NCBI GenBank assembly: GCA_001949185.1 | Contig: BDGG01000002.1 | Span: 4,826,448-4,890,447 of the forward strand | DNA from: Ramazzottius varieornatus | Lineage: Eukaryota; Animalia; Tardigrada | DNA: 64,000 nt | Direction of reading: 5' to 3' | Shown: in pieces, positions 24,916-37,355 of the stretch | How positions within the stretch are numbered: the stretch's first letter is position 1 | Layout: the number at the start of each line of letters is the position of its first letter | The notes under the pieces: model-generated | What the model saw: only the letters and a program-made list of their open reading frames with translations | Told to the model about the DNA's origin: nothing | Databases searched by the model: none | Translations under genes and position numbers: made by a program

Positions 24916-26922
24916 CTACATCTGTTTTCTTTTTCGCGAGATTCTCTGGCTGAGAAACTCGTGGTACAACGCATCTGCCGCTGTGATGCGCTTCTTCGGC
25001 TCATATTGTAAAAATTTCCGAAGAAGATCGAGGAATCTCTTGGAATCGGTGCTCTCGAGATTTCGGAAGTACTCCTGCAAATAAATTTCATACTCTCAGT
25101 GAACCGTTCAGTACTGCGTCGAAGATTTACATCATTCTTTGACATGATCGCAGGCAGTAAACTGAAAGACCCCACCAAGGAAGTCATCAACTCACCTTGA
25201 GGGGCTTCGCCGTTCTCATCACATCCATATACTCTGGGCTTTGGCGATAACTGTCGCTCGCTCGGAACTCTCCGTTCTTGAAGTACTTGTGGTCATGGGG
25301 CACTCTGGACAGCATCTTCTTCGGAATTGGTCCCAAAATGCGCGTCATGGCCACAATCTATTAACATGTTAACACAATCTGTTTACGTTTGCACAAGTCA
25401 AATTCCTATTCCTCTCCAGGATCAAGTTTCAGATTACTGACGACTGCCGTTTACTACTGACTACTAGCTAAGGGCTGCTGGAGACTAAATCTACTTAATG
25501 GAATGGGTATGAACTTGTGGTCATACCTGGGCCTTCACAGTGGGTGCCTGGAATAACACTTTTCCGGAATAGACTTCGAACAGGACGCAGCCTAGGCTCC
25601 ACATGTCAATCTGGTGGTTCCAATCCAACACTACAAGAACATCAAAATTACGCGGTTAAGAAAATCGAATGTATACTGGATGAAACAAAACTAGAATCAT
25701 AAGAATTTTTGTGGAGACCTCACCCAACATAATCTCCGGCGCGCGATACTGTCTCGTGGAGATGTCCGTCCCGTGGTCTTCTTCGTCGTCGATAGCCGAT
25801 CCAAAGTCAATGAGCTTGACGTTCGTACAGCTGAGTTCCCGGACGAGGGTTTGAGAGCTATCGGACAGGTAGATTGTGTCATGGTACGTCACCTCTTCCG
25901 CGAAGACAATGTTTTCCGTCTTAATGTCCGTGTGGCTGTAGCCGCACTTTCTCAGGAAAGCCAGCGCCAAGCAAGTCTGCTGCGTAATTTCGCTCAGTTG
26001 GTGCATAGGAAAAGGCACGAAGTTGGACTTGGTGGTATGTAAGAACTTGTGCAGACTGGGGCCTAAGTGTTCGAACAGAAGACACGCATGACCGTGGTAC
26101 GCAAAATGGCCGAAGAACCGAACCACGTTCTGGATGTGTTTTGGGTCTTTGGCCATGAGGCCCTGCAGGGCCTCCCGTTCATAGACCGTGTCCTGCCGAG
26201 CCTCATCCTTGTCCTGCATAACTTTCAAGGCCAGGAAAGTGTCGCTGTAGGGATCAGTGAGGTCTCGAACCTTGTATACTCGACCGAAAGTTCCTATAAG
26301 AATATTAACAGAATTCAAAATAAAATGCCGTATGGAAGCAGTACAGTACAAGAACGAAGTCCTCCTCCGTCACACAGACGCATCCTGCATAGCTGTACCA
26401 CTCGGTAATCGAACAAGTGAGCTGGATATGTTTTGAACAGGAATATGCGAGAAAAGTGTCTTCCGGCGGACGTTATTTTTGCTTACCAGCTCCGCATATG
26501 TCGACAACCTTGAATTTGTGATCGATCACATCGTTCGGTCTGACTTCAAGATGGTGATTCTCATCGACATAAACGTTGCCGGGACTTAGGTAGTTCACCG
26601 GAGAGGCTTCTGGAGAGCTTTCCGGGGTGGGAGATCGATTTTTGCGGCGGCCGGATTTAGACTTTCTATTTTCGATGAGGAGTGACACTCGACTTTGGTG
26701 ACTGTAAGAAGATCGAGCTCTTGAGGGCTTTCGGGAGCGAGGGACTTGTTTGTTGAATCCTTTCTTCTTCATAGGTGGAGGAGAAGAGGGAGAGTCCGAA
26801 AATTGCTTCCTCTGTTTCTTTTTCTGAATTGAAGGGGCGTCATTCTGGTTCTGGGATTTCTGCGAGGCAGGCGTGCTGGCAGCCGATCGCTTGCGCTTCT
26901 TCTCGTACTTTGTCGGCGGCAT
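24916..26922 (-). CDS. Divergent CLK/LAMMER (Doa-like) dual-specificity kinase
   Basis: Basic/RS-rich N-terminus, GAGTFG, ALKV, HTDIKTEN, DFG, ISTRQYRAPE and DMWSLGC. QIVAMTRILGPIP sits at the LAMMER position; KRITAADALYHEF closes the domain. Confidence 0.82.
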
Positions 26923-27880
26923 CTTCCTTGACTGGATCAACTGATGTTTCGCTGCTAAACAAAACCCTGCATGGTACCACACCTTAGCACAGACAATCGA
27001 TTAAGGAAGTCCATAATTGGACATTACCTGTTGCAGCTGACCGTCGTCCAGTGGAATGAACTGCACCAGCCTTCCGCGGCACATTTCATCCGAGGTTTAC
27101 TCCTCACCACCCATCGCAGTCATTCGAGCCTTAGCAAAGCTGAAACTGCAAAAAAACTTGCCAAAACGAAGGTTTCAGGTTCGGGAGTGAATAAAAATAA
27201 CGAAACGCCGATCAAGTGCTTTAGCCGTCAACACGATGAAACGAAGGATAAAAGAGACGGAAGGCTTTTGTTTTAATTTTATCTCGCTGTGCAATCTATA
27301 ACACCAATGTCGGCATCCCCCGCCTACGGAATAATCACGTGTTGTTTACTAAAGATCGGTGGCGGGTAATACCACGTGATCGATGGTAGGCCGATGTTTC
27401 ATACTCGTACTTGCTTTGCCAAGATGTGTCCTGTCTTAGATATGTAATGTGTCATGTCATCGTACCGTGCTGCCCAGTGGCCTTCCTAATTCAGTTACCA
27501 GGTGCCTCTTCTCATCCTAGGTGGAAAGTTTAGAAAGATTTTCGGGCAGTGATACCACACTGGCATCGAAGCAAAATAGAAGGAACGATAGGATGATGGT
27601 TTTATTCTGCTGCGAGGTACTTACAAACCAAAGAAACTAGTAAAACCAATAGGCCCTCGAAAAACAAATCCTCGACAGAAAAAAACCGTCGACATTGGCA
27701 CGACTGAGAAATATTGTGAAACAGCAAACAGTACATCCAATGACGAAGCGAGCATAACTGCAAAAAAAGTAACAGGATACAGACCGAGGAAAACTAACTA
27801 CGACAGTAGTAGAAAAGATGAGCTTGTAGCATATTCATAACGCATTGGCTGAGTCTGTAAAATCTATTTTTGAGAGAAAG

Positions 27881-30800
27881 TCAATGTTGGGCACCGAAAT
27901 AGGCCAAAAAGACCATCCAGACAACTAAGAAAAAAAAACTACAGAGCATTGACGTATCCTGTTGGGCCACGACAGACGTGAAGGTGGGCGAAGCAGCAGG
28001 TTCAGTGGAGGACCGAAATGAGGCTACCGTGTTGGTAAGCTCGTCAAACAGGCCCAGGAACTCCGCTTGTGCCTTATCACTATCGAACTTTCCAGTCCGT
28101 GTTGACTCACTAGTGTCCTGTCCCTCTTGTTCTTTGCTGTCTTCTGAGTAACGGTTCTCCACAGCATCACTCAACTTACCGTGCGGAGTGTTTGGTACGG
28201 AAAGTAGCCGAACTTGTTCCCTCTCCGCTTCCAGCTCCGCTTGAAGTTTCGAAACAAGCTCTGAAAGCCCAAAGCTCCATTTAGTCATTAGCTCCATTGG
28301 GTTAGATATCCTATACGCTGTACCTGTCAACTGTCTGTTTCCTTCTAAGAACTGCTCAATCTCTGCATCGCTAGCGTCCGCCGATCTTACGCTCTTCTTG
28401 TTCGGCTTATCGTACGTGCTGTTTAGCTGCGTATCGGCCGCAGGATGCGATTCGAAAGAAATATCTGAAACTCAAACATCATGGTCACGATATGGGATTT
28501 TGAGAGGATTCAAGTGAGAGCCATTACCGTCTGTCACGTAGGACTTGTCGTTCGACGACCGCTTCCCGGGCACTCTGTCTCCATCCCCTGCCGGTTCGTG
28601 CTTCGTGTATGGATAATCGTTATCAGCAGGTGCGGCTAGCTCTTGGTCATTTTCGTATGCGATTATGTGTTCGCCGTCGAGAACGGCATTGAACTCCTCC
28701 ATTCTTTGGATCTCCTTCATGACCTCGGCAAAGTTCTTGTCCGCAAGGACAAGCCGATTACTGGCTTTAGCGGCTTTCGCAGCTGCCAGTTGGTCCTGCT
28801 TAGTGAGGGGATGCTGTTCCAACGCTGGTTCTTCCTCGTCGGAATTGTCGTCCTCATCAACCGCCCCGTTCACATCTGATCAAACCAGCGAAAAAGTTAC
28901 TGGAACATCACAACAGAATTTCAGAGAGGAAACGTACCAGAATGCGCAACCCCCTCCAGTCTCTTGGTCAGCTTGATGTTTTCCCGTCTCAGCTTATCGA
29001 ACTGTCAATGCAGGCACATAAATTGTCAACACAAGTATTTTAACAAACAGAAATGAGAACAAAAGATGTTCGCACTATTCAACATGCATACCATGGATTT
29101 GCCTTCCGCCAGCTTTAGCTGTACGCTGTCCAGTTCCTGTAAGAGATGTGACTTTTGCTCTTTCAGCGCTTCCAGGCACTCTATCTTCACGCGCTCGGAC
29201 TCCTACAACGGAAAATCGATCACCGTTTCATCAGTGGAAAAACCTAACCAGGTGGACTTCTTGTGCGTAAACACCAAAGCTTACTTGGTATGTCTGTGCC
29301 ATTTTGTCCAAGGTCTGACATTGAGTAGCGAACTTATCCACGAGCTGCAGCAAATCCTTCTGCGTCTTTTCACAGAGAACTTTGAGATCGTCGCATTCGT
29401 TTTCGACTTGCGAAAGTCGTTCTTCAGCCACGACTAGAGCTTTTGAGGCTTCGAGTTTTTCCGACAATGCGCGCTGGATGGCTTCCTTGGCTATAACTTC
29501 GAACCGTTCCCTGTAGAAACAAAACATAAACATGATTAATCGGCGACATTAAAAATAAATTTGTTTCAACAGACTGCCCGGTCGCTGACTTAGGCACCTT
29601 TTATTTAGTAGTAACTTACTAGGTTGTTATGAAGATTACGAAGAACCTGTGTTTATAAAGGCGATTATGAACAACCCAAAGGCGGGTTGATCATAACAGT
29701 GTGGGTTGACCATAGTGGAAAATGTTCCATCAATAGTCCTCACGACAGCCCGTAAAACTCCGTTGATTGTGTTGATCTTGAAAGTTGATTACGAAGTTTC
29801 GCTTTCGAGATAAGCAGCCCTCGAGTAGCTTATCTTGAAGCGAAAACGGATTATTTCTCTGCACACTTGACTCAAATTTCAAATTTTCATTTCTTAGCTG
29901 ATCTCTGTCTGCACAGTGCTTCACGTTGCGAGATACCGTTTCACGTATGGGCTTCTGTGTCGGGGACATCGACAGACAGAGACTAGCCAGAGAGAAAACC
30001 ATGAATTTCAGCCTAGTCAGGAGTCAGAGATGGCCTAAAAACCTACCCCGCAAACCTCGCGTATTTCCGCTCCCGTTTCCGAGACTTTCGAAAAACGCAA
30101 TTTTGCCTCACTCACGACTAATTTCCGTTGATCAAGCAAACTCAAATTTTAAATCAACCGTTTGCGACAAACAGCTCGTTGTAAGGAGGACTAATCAACA
30201 GCTAAATCACTCCAGATTTCATCGAACACAGCAACAAGGCTATGTCGCCGATAGGTTTGGTTAAGTTTTTGATTATTGATTAGCGCTGGTGGCGTATTGC
30301 ATCAGATTACCGGCAGGTTGCGAGATCTTCCTGCCCTCCGGCATCCCTTGCTATCTTCGTCCCCTGTATCCCCCTATATCCCTCTGCCTCTGTTTACCGA
30401 GTAAGTGCTTGGTTCGAGCCTTTGACGGTGGAGAGTGGACCATCTGCCGGCTAACCGTCTGTTTCTTGCAGGCTTCTCGAAGGAGCCTCGACTTGTCCCA
30501 TCATCACCTTTATCGCTCTTGTCGTCTGTCTAGCCTCTTCTGTCGCCGTTTGTTCTGCTGCTGACTCTTCCCTAGAGTCTTCCCTTTGTTCTGCTCCGCT
30601 CTGTTGGTGTTTCTGTTGCAGCTTATTGGACATCTAAACCGAGTCATACCCCGTTAATCTGTTTGTATGCATATACGCGTCGCCGAATGGCGCATGTATC
30701 GTGCTGCACGACAGTTAGGCGATTTCAACACGAGCGCGACAAGCACGTAGGTACTTTCTGCTCTTGTTTGTGCATGTGCAGTGTAAGCATGTGCTTGTCG

Positions 30801-33800
30801 CAATGACGCTATAAAGCCTGAGCTCTCACGCACCACAAAACATTTCGCTGGGCCGGAGCTTTGTGGTTTCGGCAGTGTTTTGCTTGGTGGAAATAAATAT
30901 CTTTGAACTAATAAGATTATTTTCCAGGTCTGATGGAGTCCGCGGCGAAGAAAGTACGTGATGGCTCATTCGTTTTTACAACTCCGTTGATCAATTTTTC
31001 CAGATCATCTCGGGGGTTGGTAATCCGAGAAACACGGTGCCGCGAGGTGACAATACTCGTGACAATTTCTTATCGAGTTTGGGCGGTTCCCTAACCGTCC
31101 AGGTGAGAGCTGGATTCTTTTCGAAAAATCAATAAATTCAATTTTTGTAGTAACACACGCGTGACCAAACCCGAAACTCATTCCTGGTTTCTTAGACTCA
31201 TAGAGCCATCATCGTTAGGAAGACATACGAAATTCCCGAGCTGAATGTAACCCACACGCAAAACCGCACAAAGGATGGAACTACCCAGGACGTTTACGCA
31301 GTTCTTCTCGAGACTGACGCTGATACGCGAGCATACCTCTCCATCAGGAACAGACGATCAAGGTGAACGGCGAAGACCGCAAAGTGCGAAGAGTGGGGCG
31401 AGGAAGTCTAACCGATCATATACTCTGGATGACCGACAGCAGGGGTCTTGCGGGATCCGCCCTGTGTAACGTGGTGGACGAATCATTTGTGTTTCTTTCA
31501 GCTTAGTCCGGTGCTACCATCCCAGACATACTTGCCGAAACGGATATCATGTCAAGTATAAGCTGTGGGAAGCGTGCGCTAGTGCTATCATTGAGGTAGA
31601 CAAGCTACTACAGCCTCTTCGCTTCTTTCGTCACCTAAACCAGTATAGGTTATAGCATCTCTTCGCCACGGACCAAAATATAACCAGCCATAAAGTCGCG
31701 CCCGAGAATGTTCCGATGGTCAACGGAGCAATCAATTTCTTTAACATACGCCTTCATCAACTTCTCGACTAGTGATATTCTAATATGGTAATATTATATT
31801 GAAGTAGATGATAGTAGCATCCACTACACTTAGTAAAATTTGGTAAACAGAATTGGGCACCGCATTCCAATATTTATGTTTTAGTAGCTTGAAACCGGAA
31901 GTGCGATATTGTATTAGTATTAAGTTGTCCATCATCTATAGTAAAATATATTTTATTACGGGTAGCGCTACCGCTGATCGATTTGCTAAAATGATGCGTG
32001 TGCGTTGGTTTCCGATGTGCGACCACGCCTAAAAAAGTGCGCCACACCATAATGAAGCCTCTGCAGCAGCACAGTAGAGGTACTGCAAAATAAATACCCT
32101 TAAACATCGTGCACCTGCATACAGTCTGACCTTCAACCGGCCATGTTACAGTGTGCAGGTGCAAGGTGCAAGCTGTACTACAGTATTATGCTGATCTGAT
32201 GATTGTGATTCTAAATCTTCAGATCTTCCGTCGAGCTCTCCGATATTAAAATATATTCTAATAGCAAACCCCCCAAAGTTCTACTATATCGATATTTTAT
32301 CAAAGCAGGTAGACGTTTTACTATAGTAGTGGTCACTCATTAGAACTTTGATGGACGGCGGATATTTATTTTAGTTATATTATATCTCACTACCCATATT
32401 AAAACATCACTATTCTCGACGAGTACGGTGGCCGTATCATTCTCACCCATCGTTTCTACGAGTCAGGAGACACAGACGGACTACACATAGCATACCAATA
32501 TCCTAGTTTCCCCAGTGTAGTTCCTCGCTTAGTCAAGGGTTTTGACTTTTCTATTACCGTTCGTCAGTGTCTTGAAAAAGAACTAGGCCGTAAGCGTTTC
32601 TGGAAACGGGAATACAATGTGCTGCAGTCTGATCGTAGAGCTTAAAATCGATTGTTTCCCCCCATGATCACCCACAGTTATGCTTTTTCTATTGAACGGT
32701 GGTCCTCACGCTCTCAACCATTCCCTAAACCCCCTTGTCGAATTTCGAGGTGCGGGGTCTCTTTCCGCATGCCCTTTTATCCTTATGTTGCAGCTGCGCC
32801 AAGGATCGTGGTTGTGGTGGGCGCGCACAGCTGCAGCCTGTGTCAGATTGTGACACACAATGTGTATGAACGAACAGGATCTTATACGAGACATGAAGAT
32901 TGCTGTGTTTTCTGTTTCAGTCCCCACCATGTAGATGTTTTGTTTTCGGCTGTCCGGTCAATAAAGACTCCGGTAGGGTGTCCTGTCAGACGAGATCCAG
33001 TTGCCGGCTCAAACCGAAGGGCAACTTGAGTCTGAAGTGCAAACCGAGAACACCTTCCGGTCAAAGTTCGATGACGCTTTTGCAGGAAACCCTCTCATGA
33101 CTTTCACCGCGATCGCTTCGGAAAATATCCTCAAGATGAGAATTTCGGCTCTGTAAACTGTTGTTGCGGTATTTCAAACGTGATCTTTGGTCTTGCCCAG
33201 TTTTTCTTTAAATGTCGGTTGTATTTCTACTCGAAGCGTCGCACTCAGGTTGAAAAGCTCCCGAAACCCGAAGAAACAAAAGTTGTTAGAAAACCTAAGG
33301 ATAGAATTACCCTGTGATCCTATCTCATGAATTGTGTGTTTCCTACATTTTTTTACCTGTTTTACAATTTAATTTTTAGTAAGTCGTGACGTCATCCGAT
33401 CCGAAGGGCGTGTCGGTCTTCTGCTGCACCTACGCCAATCAGCGTTCAGACCGTTGTTCGACGTTTTCAATATTGTTGCTCTATGCACATTTTACACTAT
33501 GGTCCATGGTCAACCCACACTAAGGTTGTAAATTCCTAAATCCTTTCCAAATTCCGTCCCGTTCCAAGGGGTAGCCGTTTGGGACGGTGGAATTCCTATT
33601 TGTAGAACTAGCAAAAATCGAAGAAAATTTAGGAGTTCCACGAGGTAAACAATCGAAGATCCAGCAGATCCTGTCGGAAAACTGAACTCGATGCTGGCTC
33701 ACACATGCGTACCACCGAGGCTAATTGGTCGTTTAGTGGAACGACCAATAGCATTTTCGATCCGTCGCACTAAATTATGCGGCGCGTTCAACTGTGCGAA

Positions 33801-36047
33801 AGTCCTTGATTTTCCCTTGGACTTTCAGGCTCGACAAGACCGAAATTTCGGATCGGCCAATCTCCAGCTGGCTTTCGGTCTCAAAACCAATATTTGTTGA
33901 TGACTTTAGATCATATTTACTGTTTTAGATGGGTATGTAAAAAGAACTAAACTGGCAAATGGGACTTTGGAATTCCAGATTTTTGCGAGGACCTTCTGGA
34001 GAAGGAAATAGGAATATTAGGAATTTCTTTCCTATTTTCCATTCCAAGGGCATTCGGCCTGGAATTTACAACCTTAACCCACACTGATCATAAAAACCCA
34101 AGAAGCGTTCACTAAGTCCAAAAATTATGGATGAGTTATATCTACTTGATTTCGATTAACCTAGTCGCAAACTACGTTGACTTTATGAACGCATCAAGTG
34201 AATAACTAGCGTAGTTAGTAATCCTCATTACAAACTGCCTACCTGATCTACTAGCCAAAATAGGCTAGTAAGTTCTCCCACCCAACTTCGGATCCCTCGT
34301 TCAAAAGTAAGCTGCGACATCAGAAATTTTGTGAGAAAATTTATTTCGCTGTTCTAAACCTTCACTGACCAAGTAACGGTCTTAACTTCGGTGAAGATAC
34401 AGAAGGCGACAGGTTCGCGAGCGGGACGTCATGGCCAGCGTGTACGTGGTAGTCTGACACGATCATCATGAACCTCGCTGCCCTGCGCGTTCTGGAGACG
34501 ATTCCCCATCAAAACCGTTTAGTCTGACCTGCGACATCCTCGATGTCATAGGCAAAGCTGCAGATCCATTAAGGATGACTGTATGCGATCTGGGTCTATG
34601 AGCACATGAAGGACAGTTTGTCGCGGAAGTTTAATACAACGAAGGCAAAAGTTTTGAAAATTAGCAGGTAGGCAACTCTAGTTAATAACCGAGACTTTAT
34701 GATCGCTGGTTTTCCGAAATCAAGTAAGTTGTTTGTGGCTGTTCGTAATTCCGTCTACTACACAAACTAGCTTTTCCGCGCGTTCGCAAAGTCCACGTAG
34801 TTATTTATAACAACGTGGTCGTTCATAACAACCGAGTGGACTAAATGTAAGGTGCCTTACCTTTCTGCCAGCATGTTCTTCCATTCGGTCATGAGCTCTA
34901 TCTTATAGTCGTCCGAATTGAACTTCCTGTCCAAGGTCTGCTCTGTAAGGGTGGGCAATGGCTTTTCATCATTCTCGATCTTGACATCGCCATTTTCGAA
35001 AGTTGCCGGAACAGGCGATGCACCGTCTTTCTTGTTCAAAGACAGCTTCATGTTTGGTTTGGCTTTGGATTGGTTCTCGTGGAGTTGCAACTGTCCCTGC
35101 AGATACTGAATTTTGGACAGGAGCAGATCTTCCTGGAAAGTGGCGTTCCATGAGTCCTTCGACTCCATCGCTGCCAGGATCTTGTTCAATGCATTCAGCT
35201 TGGTCTCCAAAACCAACTCCCGATGATGAGCTTCCTGGAAAACAAAACAATAAAATTATGCGATAAAAATGATGACCAAAAGAAATACGTAGACCGACAG
35301 AAAAATCCTCACTTGGAGAACGGCTTGGAGTTCGTAAATCTCATGGGCTGTTAGCTTCGGCAGATTTCCTTCCGGAAGATCGATGCCCTTGGCACCTTCA
35401 GACGGTGGTGGTACGATGGAGTATTTCGAAGGTGGAGCTTTAATTTCTGTCCCATCGGCATGGTATGCTTTGATGTTGGCCAGTATGCAACCATGAGTAA
35501 CTGGAAGAAGATTCGATAATTGGCAGATTTCAGCACGAACTTGATCAATGCCATTTACTGATAATGCATGGTGTACCTGGCTGGACACCTTTCTTGGCCT
35601 GCTCGACGACTTCCACTCCAAACTGAAGTACATCGCCCGAGAAGATTTCTTTTCTCCCATCGTTCCGCGGATCCTCTTTCAGAGTACCTTGACTTCCGGT
35701 CGAACTCGAGGAGCTTTGTGAGGTGCCTGCAGGGAGCTTCTGATTGTTGACGAAGGTCCCGTTGGAGCTTTGCGTATCTTGCAGAAAGAACTGGAAGAGA
35801 TATTGCATGCTACGTCAGTCATCTTTAACTGCAATGGTGAAGAAACCAAGCTTACTTGTACCTTTCCATCTTCATACCACAGGATGGCATGGTTACGACT
35901 GAGGACTTTGCAGTTGAAGTATCCGTTGTCGCTTCCTGGTTTGCATCCTTGGACAGCTCGGCCAATCTTCACGGGAGCTGTCACGATGATTTCTCGCTCA
36001 TTGAAGGGGTGGGAAGGTGCGCGATGCTGCAGAATTATCTTCGCCAT
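27881..36047 (-). CDS. SLMAP: Sarcolemmal membrane-associated protein (FHA, coiled coil, tail anchor)
   Basis: FHA domain SHPFNER...KIGR...DNGYFNCKVLSRNHA.LW...QDTQSSNGTFVN...IFSGDVLQFGV. Coiled coil LETKL...WNA..QEDLLLSKI and ERFEVIAKE. C-terminal hydrophobic anchor. One ~5.3-kb intron (~29511-34860). Confidence 0.9.
31770..32412. mobile_element. Non-autonomous hAT-type MITE, nested
   Basis: TIRs TAGTGATATTCTAATATGG and TAGTGATGTTTTAATATGG (17/19). 8-bp direct repeat TTCTCGAC at 31762-31769 and 32413-32420. Confidence 0.85.
33521..34076. mobile_element. Non-autonomous hAT-type MITE inserted in the outer element's right TIR
   Basis: Perfect 16-bp TIR TAAGGTTGTAAATTCC. 8-bp direct repeat ACCCACAC at 33513-33520 and 34077-34084. 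Confidence 0.9.
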
Positions 36048-37355
36048 TTCTGCGGCAAGAAACACAGAGGTGAACTCGGCAGGCAAAGCAAACAAATGAG
36101 CGACAAAGCACGTCTCATAAGGCAGCATCCACGAAGTTACCGAATTTTTGTCAGCTTCAAAATGTCGTCAAGCTATGCTACGGACGTGTTGTTTGGCATC
36201 AAGTGTCATGATCTTGTCTCTGAAAATAAACACTAGGATGTAGATACACCAGACGGAATTTACTTGAGGCTTCTCCAGTAAACTCGCTCTAGCTGTATCC
36301 GAACAGGCGCCTCGTCCAGAAGCGGAAGATATCCCTGTTTCACCTTCGAAACCGCGTCTAAAGTTCCGAAGCCGCTTACATCTCCCGAGAGTGTAACAGC
36401 CTGTGACCTGTCGCGTTGTCTACCCAAGGTCGATCCGAATTATTAACGGAACGACTGACAACAGGTTCAGTGAGCCTCAGAGGCAATCTAGCCTATCGCT
36501 TGCGCTACTACGCAAGGCAGCAAAGAGCTTACCTCCGTTCCAGTTTGCTCTCGTCATAGGAGCAATCTTCAGTCGTCCCAGTCCGTATAGACTCTGAGGT
36601 GACACTGGAATGACTGGATTGATACGGGGACTGCTTGATACGAGACGATTCTCCAGCGTGTTCCTCTGCCAGATGCCCGCCGAACTTCGGACTGACTATA
36701 AAGAAGATAAAGATGGAACAGTGTTCTGTCTGATATCGCTCTCGATACCTCATGTCAAGACTGAGGACCAAGGAGACATTGAGGAATGCCAACTGAGGCT
36801 TGAGGGAGGGAGGGATGAGGAGCAGAAAATACATAAGTCGAGAGATGAGCGTTCGTACAAGGCCAGGCCTCAAAACGTCATTACTCGTCAGTGTAATGTC
36901 ATATGACATTCCACTCCATGTGATTTACCCGGTCGAGAAACCACACGTGACATTTTAGACGTAATTGTTTTGATGATTGATTGGTATCACGGATTGATTT
37001 GTTTACAGTTTATTTCCCCACTTCCCAGTTGGGAAGAATTTCTTTAATCGCTTGCGCGTTGCTTCTCCCTTCCGAGTGTCCTCACATGTCTATACGAAGA
37101 TCACTTTGGTCTTCAGATTCAGGATCCTTGTTTGGACAACCAGTTTCGTGCTGTTTGGACTCCCAGTTTCATAGTCTTCCGGAAGTCACCAGGTCTCCAC
37201 CATTGTTTGAAACAGCATCCAGGATGACTCCAGCATAAGGCATACCTACGTTCACGATTAAGTAGGTAACAGAGATGAATTGTACGCATTGCTGAACTAT
37301 CTTAGCGCCCTGTGTATCTGTTCAATAGTAAAGTCTTCGTAGTGTGGTGGTGGAC

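Larger units (their letters stand above)
29697..34086. mobile_element. ~4.4-kb TIR DNA element with 7-bp target-site duplication (no intact transposase seen)
   Basis: Left end CAGTGTGGGTTGACCATAGTGGAAAATGT. Right end, after removing the nested MITE, reads CAGTGTGGGTTGACCAT[GGACCAT]AGTGTAAAATGT on the - strand. ATCATAA flanks both sides (29690-29696 and 34087-34093). Confidence 0.8.

Noticed and set aside
32384-32505. Helitron 5' TC... and 3' CTAG ends
   Set aside because: The sequence is better explained as the right TIR of the hAT MITE with its 8-bp TSD.
33308-33325. mir-10-like TACCCTGTGATCC
   Set aside because: The match breaks after a few bases, there is no clear hairpin, and it lies inside a transposon. 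I saw no mir-10, mir-993 or iab-4 in the ftz flanks by eye, though a covariance-model search is needed.
36529-36909. Overlapping ORFs between SLMAP and CHMP6
   Set aside because: No recognisable similarity or splice support.
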